A stretch of 64,000 nt of DNA, from positions 86,783 through 150,782 of the forward strand of contig NW_018404144.1 of NCBI RefSeq assembly GCF_002113885.1, given 5' to 3'. Shown piece after piece: positions 36,776-48,460 of the stretch. The notes beneath the pieces are model-generated. The model had not been told where the DNA came from. It searched no databases and saw only the letters and a list, made by a program, of their open reading frames with translations. This DNA is from Mizuhopecten yessoensis. Taxonomy: Eukaryota. The position numbers were made by a program, and so were the translations under genes. Within the stretch, counting starts at the first letter, position 1; every line of letters starts with the position of its first letter.

Positions 36776-39413
36776 GTATAATGCTGATATTGTCAATGTG
36801 TATAATGCTGATATTGTCAATGTGTATAATGTTGATATTGTCAATGTGTATAATGCTGATATTGTCAATGTGTATAATGCTGATATTGTCAATGTGTATA
36901 ATGTTGATATTGTCAATTTGTATAATGATGATATTGTCGATGTGTATAATGCTGATATTGTCAATGTGTATAATGCTGATATTGTCAATGTGTATAATGC
37001 TGATATTGTCAATGTGTATAATGCTGATATTGTCAATGTGTATAATGCTGATATTGTCAATGTGTATAATGCTGATATTGTCAATGTGTATAATGCTGAT
37101 ATTGTCAATGTGTATAATGCTGATATTGTCAATGTGTATAATGCTGATATTGTCAATGTGTATAATGCTGATATTGTCAATGTGTATAATGCTGATATTG
37201 TCAATGTGTATAATGCTGATATTGTCAATGTGTATAATGCTGATATTGTCAATGTGTATAATGCTGATATTGTCAATGTGTATAATGCTGATATTGTCAA
37301 TGTGTATAATGCTGATATTGTCAATGTGTATAATGCTGATATTGTCAATGTGTATAATGCTGATATTGTCAATGTGTATAATGCTGATATTGTCAATGTG
37401 TATAATGCTGATATTGTCAATGTGTATAATGCTGATATTGTCAATGTGTATAATGCTGATATTGTCAATGTGTATAATGCTGATATTGTCAATGTGTATA
37501 ATGCTGATATTGTCAATGTGTATAATGCTGATATTGTCAATGTGTATAATGCTGATATTGTCAATGTGTATAATGCTGATATTGTCAATGTGTATAATGC
37601 TGATATTGTCAATGTGTATAATGCTGATATTGTCAATGTGTATAATGCTGATATTGTCAATGTGTATAATGCTGATATTGTCAATGTGTATAATGCTGAT
37701 ATTGTCAATGTGTATAATGCTGATATTGTCAATGTGTATAATGCTGATATTGTCAATGTGTATAATGCTGATATTGTCAATGTGTATAATGCTGATATTG
37801 TCAATGTGTATAATGCTGATATTGTCAATGTGTATAATGCTGATATTGTCAATGTGTATAATGCTGATATTGTCAATGTGTATAATGCTGATATTGTCAA
37901 TGTGTATAATGCTGATATTGTCAATGTGTATAATGCTGATATTGTCAATGTGTATAATGCTGATATTGTCAATGTGTATAATGCTGATATTGTCAATGTG
38001 TATAATGCTGATATTGTCAATGTGTATAATGCTGATATTGTCAATGTGTATAATGCTGATATTGTCAATGTGTATAATGCTGATATTGTCAATGTGTATA
38101 ATGCTGATATTGTCAATGTGTATAATGCTGATATTGTCAATGTGTATAATGCTGATATTGTCAATGTGTATAATGCTGATATTGTCAATGTGTATAATGC
38201 TGATATTGTCAATGTGTATAATGCTGATATTGTCAATGTGTATAATGCTGATATTGTCAATGTGTATAATGCTGATATTGTCAATGTGTATAATGCTGAT
38301 ATTGTCAATGTGTATAATGCTGATATTGTCAATGTGTATAATGCTGATATTGTCAATGTGTATAATGCTGATATTGTCAATGTGTATAATGCTGATATTG
38401 TCAATGTGTATAATGCTGATATTGTCAATGTGTATAATGCTGATATTGTCAATGTGTATAATGCTGATATTGTCAATGTGTATAATGCTGATATTGTCAA
38501 TGTGTATAATGCTGATATTGTCAATGTGTATAATGCTGATATTGTCAATGTGTATAATGCTGATATTGTCAATGTGTATAATGCTGATATTGTCAATGTG
38601 TATAATGCTGATATTGTCAATGTGTATAATGCTGATATTGTCAATGTGTATAATGCTGATATTGTCAATGTGTATAATGCTGATATTGTCAATGTGTATA
38701 ATGCTGATATTGTCAATGTGTATAATGCTGATATTGTCAATGTGTATAATGCTGATATTGTCAATGTGTATAATGCTGATATTGTCAATGTGTATAATGC
38801 TGATATTGTCAATGTGTATAATGCTGATATTGTCAATGTGTATAATGCTGATATTGTCAATGTGTATAATGCTGATATTGTCAATGTGTATAATGCTGAT
38901 ATTGTCAATGTGTATAATGCTGATATTGTCAATGTGTATAATGCTGATATTGTCAATGTGTATAATGCTGATATTGTCAATGTGTATAATGCTGATATTG
39001 TCAATGTGTATAATGCTGATATTGTCAATGTGTATAATGCTGATATTGTCAATGTGTATAATGCTGATATTGTCAATGTGTATAATGCTGATATTGTCAA
39101 TGTGTATAATGCTGATATTGTCAATGTGTATAATGCTGATATTGTCAATGTGTATAATGCTGATATTGTCAATGTGTATAATGCTGATATTGTCAATGTG
39201 TATAATGCTGATATTGTCAATGTGTATAATGCTGATATTGTCAATGTGTATAATGCTGATATTGTCAATGTGTATAATGCTGATATTGTCAATGTGTATA
39301 ATGCTGATATTGTCAATGTGTATAATGCTGATATTGTCAATGTGTATAATGCTGATATTGTCAATGTGTATAATGCTGATATTGTCAATGTGTATAATGC
39401 TGATATTGTCAAT
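36776..39413. repeat. Near-perfect 24-bp tandem array, about 110 copies
   Basis: Unit GTATAATGCTGATATTGTCAATGT; variants only before about 36950. Confidence 0.98.
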
Positions 39414-39502
39414 GAGTTCTAAGCTTATATATTCATATGTCCCGATTTACTTCTTTGAAGGTATCCAATGAAAACAATATAAAATCCTGAATACTGACAG
39501 TG

Positions 39503-39745
39503 TCAGATGTCCAGTGCTGATAACTCGTCAAGAGAGGACAAAGTGTCCAATACTTCAAATGTTAATGTGTCTGATTCCGGTAGGGTCGAGATACCTAGTG
39601 ATAGTGGAATGGTGTCCTGGGCTGAATATATATCCACGAGTGAAAGTTGGTTTTCGTGTTTATCTAACCCTCGCTTGTTAATTTTCGAATGTAAAAGACA
39701 TTCGGTAGAAAAACGAGTGCTTTTTACCCTTTGAAATTTAACCAA
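39503..39745 (-). other. Possible terminal coding exon or pseudo-exon with acidic, Leu/Ser-rich tail
   Basis: Unique sequence between two arrays, open frame ..STECLLHSKINKRGLDKHENQLSLVDIYSAQDTIPLSLGISTLPESDTLTFEVLDTLSSLDELSALDI*; only a weak AAG acceptor at about 39729; no family recognised. Confidence 0.3.
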
Positions 39746-39769
39746 CGAAAGTTTGTATGTGTGAGTGAG

Positions 39770-40640
39770 GAAAACTATATATATATGTGCAGTTGTGGGA
39801 GTGGGGAAATCTATTGTGGCTATGGGAATGAGGAAACCTATATATATGTTGGTTGTGGGAGTGAGGAACTCTATAGTGGTTGTGGGAACGAGGAAACATA
39901 TAGTGGTTATTGGAATGTGGAAACCTATATATATGTTGGTTGTGGGAGTGAGGAAACGTATAGTGGTTGTGGGAGTGAGGAAACATATTGTGGTTATTGG
40001 AATGTGGAAACCTATATATATGTTGGTTGTGGGAGTAAGGAAACCTATAGTGGTTGTGGAAGTTAGAAAACTTATAGTGTTTGTGAGAGTAAGGAAGTCT
40101 ACTGCGGTTGTTGGAATGAGGAAGACTATTATGGTTGTGGGAATAAGGAAACATATAGTGGTTGTGAGAGTGAAGGAACCTATATATATATGTGTTGGTT
40201 TTGGGAGTGAGGAAACCTATAGTTATTGTGGGAGTGAGAAAACTTAGGGTGGTTGTGGGAGTGAGGAAGCGTATAGTGGTTGTGCGAATGAGAACACCTA
40301 TTGTGATTGTTGGAATGAGGAAATATATATATATATATATATTTGAGGAAACTTAAAGTGGTTATGGGAGTGAGGAAACATACAGTGATTGTGGGAGTAA
40401 GGAAACCTACAGTGGTTGTGGGAGTAAGGAAACCTACAGTGGTTGTGGAGTGAGTAAACCTATATTGGTTGTGGGAGTGAGGAAACCTACAGTGGTTGTG
40501 GGAGTAAGGAAACCTACATTGGTTGTGGGAGTGAGGAAACCTAGAGTGGTTGTGGAAGTGTGGAAACCTACATTGGTTGTGGGAGTAAGGAAACCTACAG
40601 TGGTTGTGGAGTGAGTAAACCTACAGTGGTTTTGGGAGAA
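39770..40640. repeat. 27-bp G-rich minisatellite (33-bp variants with TA insert), about 30 copies
   Basis: Unit GTGGGAGTGAGGAAACCTATAGTGGTT. Confidence 0.93.
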
Positions 40641-41239
40641 ATGATGTTCTCCTTACTATATTACCGTCTCCAAGCATACACTCCATCTCCGTAATGTACA
40701 ATAAAACTATGGAGTGGAGAGTAATTGAAGCTGATATATTCTTTCTTTCGTTATCAATAATATTTATTACATCATCATTCGTTTATTGTACAAAATAGCA
40801 TGTAGTTTTGTTTTAGAGCGGAATTGAATTTTGAAACCCGTTGACAGTTTTACTAATGTGAAATAATGCATAGTTGCTGGGTTGATAGTTTGTATCCCTT
40901 ATGACTGTTTTCAGCTGTCAATGTTTTCCCTGGTACCTGTCAACGATTTATATCTTTCCTGTAAATTAATTTAGAAAAATAATAGAAAATAGAAAAATAT
41001 CCATGTGAATAATTAAGATAACATGTAAAACAAGTTCCTGCATCACGTCAAATTAAATCATAACATAAAAGATGCATAAACAGAACGACAGGCTTAACTT
41101 GCTATAGAAAATTGTGAAGTACAAATTGGTGGTCGTGTTTTTGTGACTTGTATGGAAGATGGTAGATATGACGCGCTGACATTCTCTTCCAGACAATGGT
41201 GATCAATACTTTCACCAAAACTTTCCAGAAGTACCATGT

Positions 41240-43112
41240 TATTGGCAAATCTTTACCCAGTTTTGATTCCAGAACTGATTCTGTACTTGATTCTATTGTG
41301 GTTGAAAGTGATGAAATATGTGATATTTTGAAAATTTTGAAACTAGGAAAAGCAACTGGTCATGATACTATAAGTCATCATATGCTAAAATTTACAGCGA
41401 ATTCTATGTGTAAGCCATTGTCAATTCTTTTTAATATGTCACTAAATTCTCAAATATTCCCTGAAATATGGAACAGGGTGTTATCTTATCGACCAATTAC
41501 TTTGTTGTCTTGTATAGGTAAGGTTTTTGAAAGAGTTGTATTTAAACACATCTATAGTGTTTTCCTTGTTCATTCTTTATTTTACGAAAAACAATCTGGT
41601 TTTATGACTCATCATTCCACTGTCAGCTAATAGAAATTTACCATAATACATGTATATGTTGTTTATTAGAAGAAAAAAAACATACTTGTCTCATTTTTTG
41701 TGATATATCGAAGGCTTTTGACCGAGTTTGGTATAGGGGTCTTTTACATAAATTGCATGCTTATGATATTAGAGATGGTTTACTACATTGGTTAAAAAAT
41801 TGCATTTCAAACAGACAACAACAGGTTCTTGTTAAAGGTGTGTGTTCTAATACAGGTTACACAAATGCTGGTGTACCACAAGGAAGTGTGTTAGGTCCTC
41901 TGTTATTTTTGGTTTATATTAATGATATTGTTGATAATTTAAATAGTATTTCACGCTTATTTGCTGATGATACCTCTTTGATGTATTCTTCGTCTTCTCA
42001 TGCTGATATTGAAATGTGTGTAAAAAGAGATTTGGAAAAACTTGACAAATGGTCACGGGATTGGCTTACTAAATTTGATTAATAGAAAACTGATGTGTTA
42101 TTTATATCTGATTCGCGAAATATACTTTCTTTACAGATTTGTTTTGGTACTGAGACTCTTAATTGTGTTGAAAGTCATAAATACTTAGGCGTAATATTTA
42201 GCGCAGATGCAAAATGGTCTTTACATATTACCGAAATTCAAAAAACATGCATGAAAAAGGTATCAGTACTACGAAAGTTTAAATTACTGTTGAGTAGGAA
42301 AGCTTTGTTAAGAATATATAAAGTATTTGTGTTGCCTGTGTTGGAATATGCCTGTGAAGTTTGGGATGGTTGTTCTTTGGCAGATCTAACTAAACTTGAA
42401 CAAGTTCAGCTTGAAGCAGCAAGAATTATTACTGGTCTACCTTTTTTTTCCAGTAAACAGTCACTGTATCAAGAACCCATCTTGAACTTCTATCTGAAAG
42501 AAGAAAACTTAAGAAACTTTCCCTAATGTACAAACGCCATATTAAACAAACACCTTCTTATTTAACTAACATTCTTCCTCCTAAAGTATGCGAACGCAAT
42601 AGCTACAACTTGAGAAATACTGAAAACTACACTGTTCCCAATTTCCGACTGTCTAGTTCATTCCAATTCTTTATTCCTAAATCTATAAGACTGTGGAACG
42701 ATTTACCAAATACTGTCAGAGAGCAGCCATCCGTTAACATTTTTAAATCATCGATCAGCGTAACCAAGGTTACTTGTTGCCTATTTTTGTTCATGAAGGA
42801 AATCGAAAACTAAATATTTTACATACACGATTGCGTCACTCATGTAGTAGTTTAAATTATGATTTGTATAGAGTTAATATTGTAGGTGATCCAATGTGTG
42901 CATGTGGAAATGAGTGTGAAAATGCAATCCATTATTTTTTTGATTGTATGCTGTATATCAGACAAAGACAAATTTTGATTGATGATATCTCACGTTATTG
43001 TAATATTTCTCTAAATGTTATTATGTACGGTTCTCCAAATTTGTCAGATGAAGACAATGAAAATATCTTCCATATAGTCCAAACCTACATTAAAAATAGT
43101 AACAGATTTTAA
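41240..43112 (+). pseudogene. Disrupted LINE ORF2 (reverse transcriptase; endonuclease absent)
   Basis: Five consecutive ORF pieces separated by stops and frameshifts. Confidence 0.92.
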
Positions 43113-43330
43113 GGTCAGTAGTATTATCCTATTATCTCTCTTTCTTATTCTTCTAAAAAAAATCTTCCCTTTCCCCTTCCTTTCTTCTTTGTTCATATAT
43201 ATTATAAATATATTTGTTGTTGTTGTCATGTAATCAATATAATGAAATGTATTGGAGAGCGTTTCTAAGTTGAGATAACTGGTGCCTAATCCTTTTTGTT
43301 GAATGACAAATAAAAAAAAAATGGTTAAAA
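41240..43330 (+). mobile_element. 5'-truncated CR1-group LINE with target site duplication
   Basis: RT motifs KATGHD, YRPITLLSCIGKVFE, DISKAFDRV, GVPQGSVLGPLLFLVYINDI, LFADDT; C-terminal CACG..ENAIHYFFDC; A-rich tail; 11-bp TSD AAGTACCATGT at 41229-41239 and 43331-43341. Confidence 0.95.
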
Positions 43331-43361
43331 AAGTACCATGTACAGAGGTCCGAGATAGGAT

Positions 43362-43740
43362 AGCAGTACGTGGGTGTGACGTCACCAACAGAGTGTAACA
43401 GAATATTGACAATAGTACATGGGTGTGACGTCATTAACAGAGTGTAACAGAATATTGACAACAGTACATGGGTGTGACGTCATTAACAGGGCGGAACAGA
43501 ATAGTGACAACAGTACATGGTTGTGACGTCATCAACAGAGCGGAACAGAATATTGACAACAGTACATAAGCGTGACGTCATCAATAGAGCGGGACAGAAT
43601 ATTGTCAAAAAAACAGGTAGACAATTATTGGCACTGTACAAATGTAGCAGTTTATGGTTGTGACGTCATCAAGAAAACAGGTTGCAATATTGGCAGCAGT
43701 GAATGGGTGTGACGTCATCGATAGAATATGTGTGTACAAT
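43362..43740. repeat. 49-bp minisatellite, each unit with TGACGTCA
   Basis: Unit CAGTACATGGGTGTGACGTCATTAACAGAGTGTAACAGAATATTGACAA, 5 good plus 2 degenerate copies. Confidence 0.9.
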
Positions 43741-44519
43741 ATAATTGTTTAGTTGCAATTGTTGGGTTTTCACCACGGAGACCACCTCAGACTATGTTGA
43801 ACAAGTAATCAACTTTAACACTTCAGAACCAACAAACCTAACTGGGAACGTGCCTTGATTGTTTCCTGAAATAGCCACGGTTTAACGACAGTAACTTGAA
43901 TTTGTTTTCCTGGAAATGTAATTTATCATTGTGTTAGGACAGTTCAGTGTTACCGGGAATTATTTCGGATCTGTAAAGTTCAGATGACGGAACGAATCAG
44001 CCGTAATTGCCTGCACTTGTCGTTTGGTTCGTTCTCAGCCACGTCGCCTTCTCACTTCTCAAATCACGTTAGCTGTTCTCGTTACGAACTTGCCACACAG
44101 GTCATACACATATAGCAACCCCTCTGTCTCCGTGCCCGGCGCCAAGCATCTATTGTGTATATATGGGATATTACGTGACTTTCCATTTCATACGAGATTT
44201 ATTGAAGAAGACTTTCTAATTTGAGCGAGCCTCTGGCGAGCTACAAGTAAAAATCCGTTTATTTCGTGGCCAACAATGTATGGAAATTTAACGCAAACAT
44301 GTTTTTCCGTGTCATTTTTTATGAATTTTAAAATGTTAAAATCTTCTCTGATTATCTCCTTTTTACAGAGTCGTTCTATAACGTGGAAATACATGACGCC
44401 TTTCGATTATCGTTTTAATGTATAATAATTAGTTACTTGTACATGCATATAAGATTCGCATTCACGAACTCGTGTACTTCATGAAGACGAGTCAGTATTT
44501 ACAAAATATTAACCTTAGG

Positions 44520-44625
44520 TAAGGTGAATGTGTGGTTATATAAACCTATTAAAGATATCAACCGAGACGAAGCCTGTATCAATATCACAGTTCAGGTTCA
44601 TATAACCACGTCACATTTTCAACGT
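44520..44625. mobile_element. Degenerate long-hairpin element remnant
   Basis: Arms GTGGTTATATAAACCT / AGGTTCATATAACCAC; loop CCGAGACGAAGCC as at about 36141. Confidence 0.45.
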
Positions 44626-47600
44626 AATAAGAATCCTTATATGTACATTGTTTCTTAGAAAGCGACCATGTTACTTTATCATTTGACAAGCTGGATTGGA
44701 AGGATATTGTCCAGTGAAGAGTATTGAATTACACACAGAACCTTGTGATGTTATATTTAAAGTGATGTCATAAAGAGAACGTTAACTTAAATTCTGAAAA
44801 TAGTAACACTGAATAAATATTAAAAATCACCGACTTCCACGTGATTATGATCTGTCCAATGAGGATATATTACAGTTGATGGGCTAGGTGTAACTACATT
44901 ACTTTAAGAAACAGCAAATAAATAATCTTTTTAAGACACTAAAACTGTAATGTGACAAAGTTTTCTGTCACAAGCAGCAGATTCTCTCCGAACGATTTTG
45001 GTACCCTCTGACGTGTATAACGACACAAGCAGCAGAATTTGATAACTTAGATAACAACTAAGGACTGTTATTCGCTGAAGTCTTATTTAACAACGTATTA
45101 ACTTCAACAGAAATACTTAATTGACAGATATAATTTATTAGTATAACGGGAGTACATGCTCAAAATATTGAATTTAAAGGAGAGCATATTATAATCGATC
45201 TTACAAACATGTTTCTGTACATGTATTCCTGAAACAATTCAGAAATTCTCAAGAGTGATATCAGTATTAAAACAACCTTCAGTACTGAAATCATGCGAAT
45301 TAGTTAAAAGTACCTGTAAAGTCTAGCCATAAAAACAGTCTGCGGCTTCAAGTATCTCTGAAAAAGCTTCAAATCATTAATAAATGTGAGATGATAATAT
45401 TTTACATCGGAAACAAGAAATTGGACTTGAGCGCAGATTTGAGTTTGAGAAATAGAACCATGAGAATGAATTAATTAATATAAATTTACCGTTAAGTTAT
45501 ATAACCTATCGTCGTTTCAGCAAATGCCTCTGTTCCATCTGACCCCGTTCTATATGATTGTACTACATGTATATAGGTACGAATACCTGTTAGGAGGAAG
45601 AGATCCCGACTAATACAGTTATACGACCAATGTTGACAAATCTAGACATTCTAACAAATGTTGATATTAAGTTATATTTCATTGTGAATCTTGATAAGAA
45701 AGTCATTTACAATGACCACCCATATAGGCCAACAACGAGGCGTTTGGTCAATGTACCTTGTTTATTACTAGGACTCGCACCATTACCTTATCATTCGCTT
45801 ACATTACCATAAAACGTTTCACAAGCGTTCTGTATTCAACTGAAGCTGACTGATCCTTTACTTGTAAACCGGTCCATTACGTTAAGACAGGAGATACATT
45901 TGATCATAACGAGTAATGTTATATAGATATAGAGTTTAGGAAGTTATAACACTACAATACTTTAATCTGGCATTGTCTGTGTAATCGTAGGGCCTGAAGG
46001 AGTGCACCTTGCCGCGGTCCTGTGGATACAGGTTTACGAACAGGGCGTAATACATACCTGTCTTCTGGCTCAGATACGACAATAAATCGTTTGGACGAAA
46101 TGGCTAGAGGCCAGCGTTACGGTGACCTCCTGTGACCTTAGACGGACAGCAGATAGTTTGGAGAGATAAGCTTAATATAATCGAAGTAACTAAGGTTTCT
46201 CGGATTCTTGTTGCAAAAATAATTAGGTTTTCACAGATTCAATTTTTAAAGAAATGTCTGAACAATGACTCTAGAGAGCCTTTTCGACGAGCAACAGCTG
46301 ACGGGATTGTCGATTGTACAAGGGTGTTCCGGTGCACGAACAAGTATTATGGGATATAAACAGCTCGTAGTGATTCTACACAAGTAGTGCCCGCTTAACG
46401 GAACGTAACGGCACCACTGTTTAAATAATATTTTTAAATATTTGATAATATGAAGTTTTTGCCTTGTTTATCTCTAAAACTTCTTTTTTGGCAGCGAGTC
46501 AGATATTGTACGGCACGTAATTGAATGTGTGTAAAGTTTATTACTGACGATACATGTAGCTTAAGGGCTTAATATAATTCAATTTCATTGACATTAATGA
46601 GGTTTTCATGTGTATCAAATCTGTATTAATTATTGCTTTTATTGAATAAGAATGACGTTTTATGAGCTGGATATCAAAATCAATCATTGTTATAAACATG
46701 TCACTCTCCTATAAAATAAGTCCAAGGACAGAGTGCTGCGCCTTTGAGAGTCCTACATACATAAGAACACTGCTTACAAGCCGGGAAACAGCGGTGCATA
46801 ACTCGTTCAGTGGATGGCTGTTTTCCCCTAAAATAGTGTGTGACAATACGAAGACACAATGGATAGGGAAATATAAGCAGCTAAAATTTAGTTGATTTTC
46901 GTAAGATCGTTATCTTAAAAATATGGTGAAAACTAGTCCAAAGAATGAGAAATATATTTCACTTGGCCTAAGCACCGGTTTAACGAGATCGTAATTCATT
47001 TCGTTGTCAGTACACACGTATTTTTGGTCTTGTCGTTAGAAATGTGTCTTTATCGAAGATTGGTATCTCTCCTTTCGAAAGCTATAATTTTCGGTGAGCA
47101 ATTTTAACGAATCGAATATTTTTCATATGGCGTATGGAACCAAATTATAAACCTTTCTGATGTCGGGTTTCGGACAAATCCTTTTTGGGGTCATTTACAT
47201 CCGGTAGCCTATGTCCCTATTTTTCTAATGGTAGTCAATAGTGGTCCCTAACACAGGTTTGATAGGTAGGTATGATCCTTAATTAGATTATCAGGCGACG
47301 TATTATGAACACTTGCACGCCTAACATGTCCGTCTGGTTACGCACTATGAACACAGTCAAACTTTTATACGAGTATAAACAAAGGTTTATCTAGTTATAT
47401 GCTAGGAGCAAGGTCATACGTTATTACAGGTTTAATTGATGAGCAATATTATAAGGATTTACATGAATCTGACGTCACAAATACCACGAGTGAACGTAGT
47501 GCATGTAAATGCTAGGATTTTTATTATTGCATGCTTGACCGAGATATCCGCATTTCCGGCGGTGCTGGAAAATTCTATCCGACCCACGGGTCTGGATCGC

Positions 47601-47784
47601 TTACACGCGCAGACTGTCGGGGAATTATAGTGACCTTTCGGGGTCACGCTATTGTTCGTTTAGGGGTCAGTCAGGGTCATTGACGTCATTAACAATTGCC
47701 TTCGAGCTTCATATGTAAATGAGAAATGTGCGGACAGTTTGCAACTTTACTAGAAGAGCAGCAGTTTTTAGGTAATAAGCAAGA

Positions 47785-48460
47785 AATATAATCCATCCCC
47801 GATGTGAGGTATGTATAAGGTCATTCAAACCCTCGGGATAAAATATTGAGCAGAAGACCCTCGGATCTCCTGCTCAATATTTTACTCCATGGGTATGAAT
47901 GACCTTTTCTCCCATCCTTCACAGGCGTGTCTCCCGTTTTAGCCGGGAAAGATCAGCTTGTCACCCCCTAGGGGGAAATAGCCTCGTGCCGTGTAGCACG
48001 TGTTCAATTGTGACGTCATTAAAATGCGTCATCGGTAATTGTGACGTCATCAAACTTGAATGACGATATTCATATGTGTTTGTATTTACAAACAGACAAC
48101 TGTCGGTGAAGCTGTGATCGAAAAATAGGATGGTAGAAAAATAACAACACCTTACCTGGAGGGTGTAACAGAGAAATATTCAACCCTTGGGGTGATTTTT
48201 TTGGTTGTCTAACCCTCGGCTCGAGACAACCAAAAAAACATCACCCTCGGGTTGGAGATAGAGCGTCGGGTTAGACAACCAAAAAACATCACCCCCGGGT
48301 TGGAGATAGAGGGTCGGGTTAGAAAACCAAAAAACATCACCCTCGGGTTGGAGATTTCTCTATCACACCCTCAAGGTAAGGGAAGATTCTATTAATCCAT
48401 ACCTCACATCAGGGATGGATGCTATTAATCCATACCTCACATCAGGGATGGATTCTATTA
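47785..48460. mobile_element. Composite of two long-hairpin elements
   Basis: Hairpin 1 about 47817-47906 with inverted pair TTCTCCCATCCT / AGGATGGTAGAA (48127); hairpin 2 about 48149-48382 with triplicated right arm; end ATCCATACCTCACATCAGGGATGGAT (two tandem copies) is inverted to 47790-47816. Confidence 0.65.

Noticed and set aside
36776-39413. TATAAT and TTGACA-like hexamers in every unit (bacterial promoter array)
   Set aside because: Wrong spacing and strand relationship; eukaryotic context.
36770-39471. Three ORFs of 874-896 aa
   Set aside because: Translations of a 24-bp tandem repeat, open on both strands; no unique domain or splice context.
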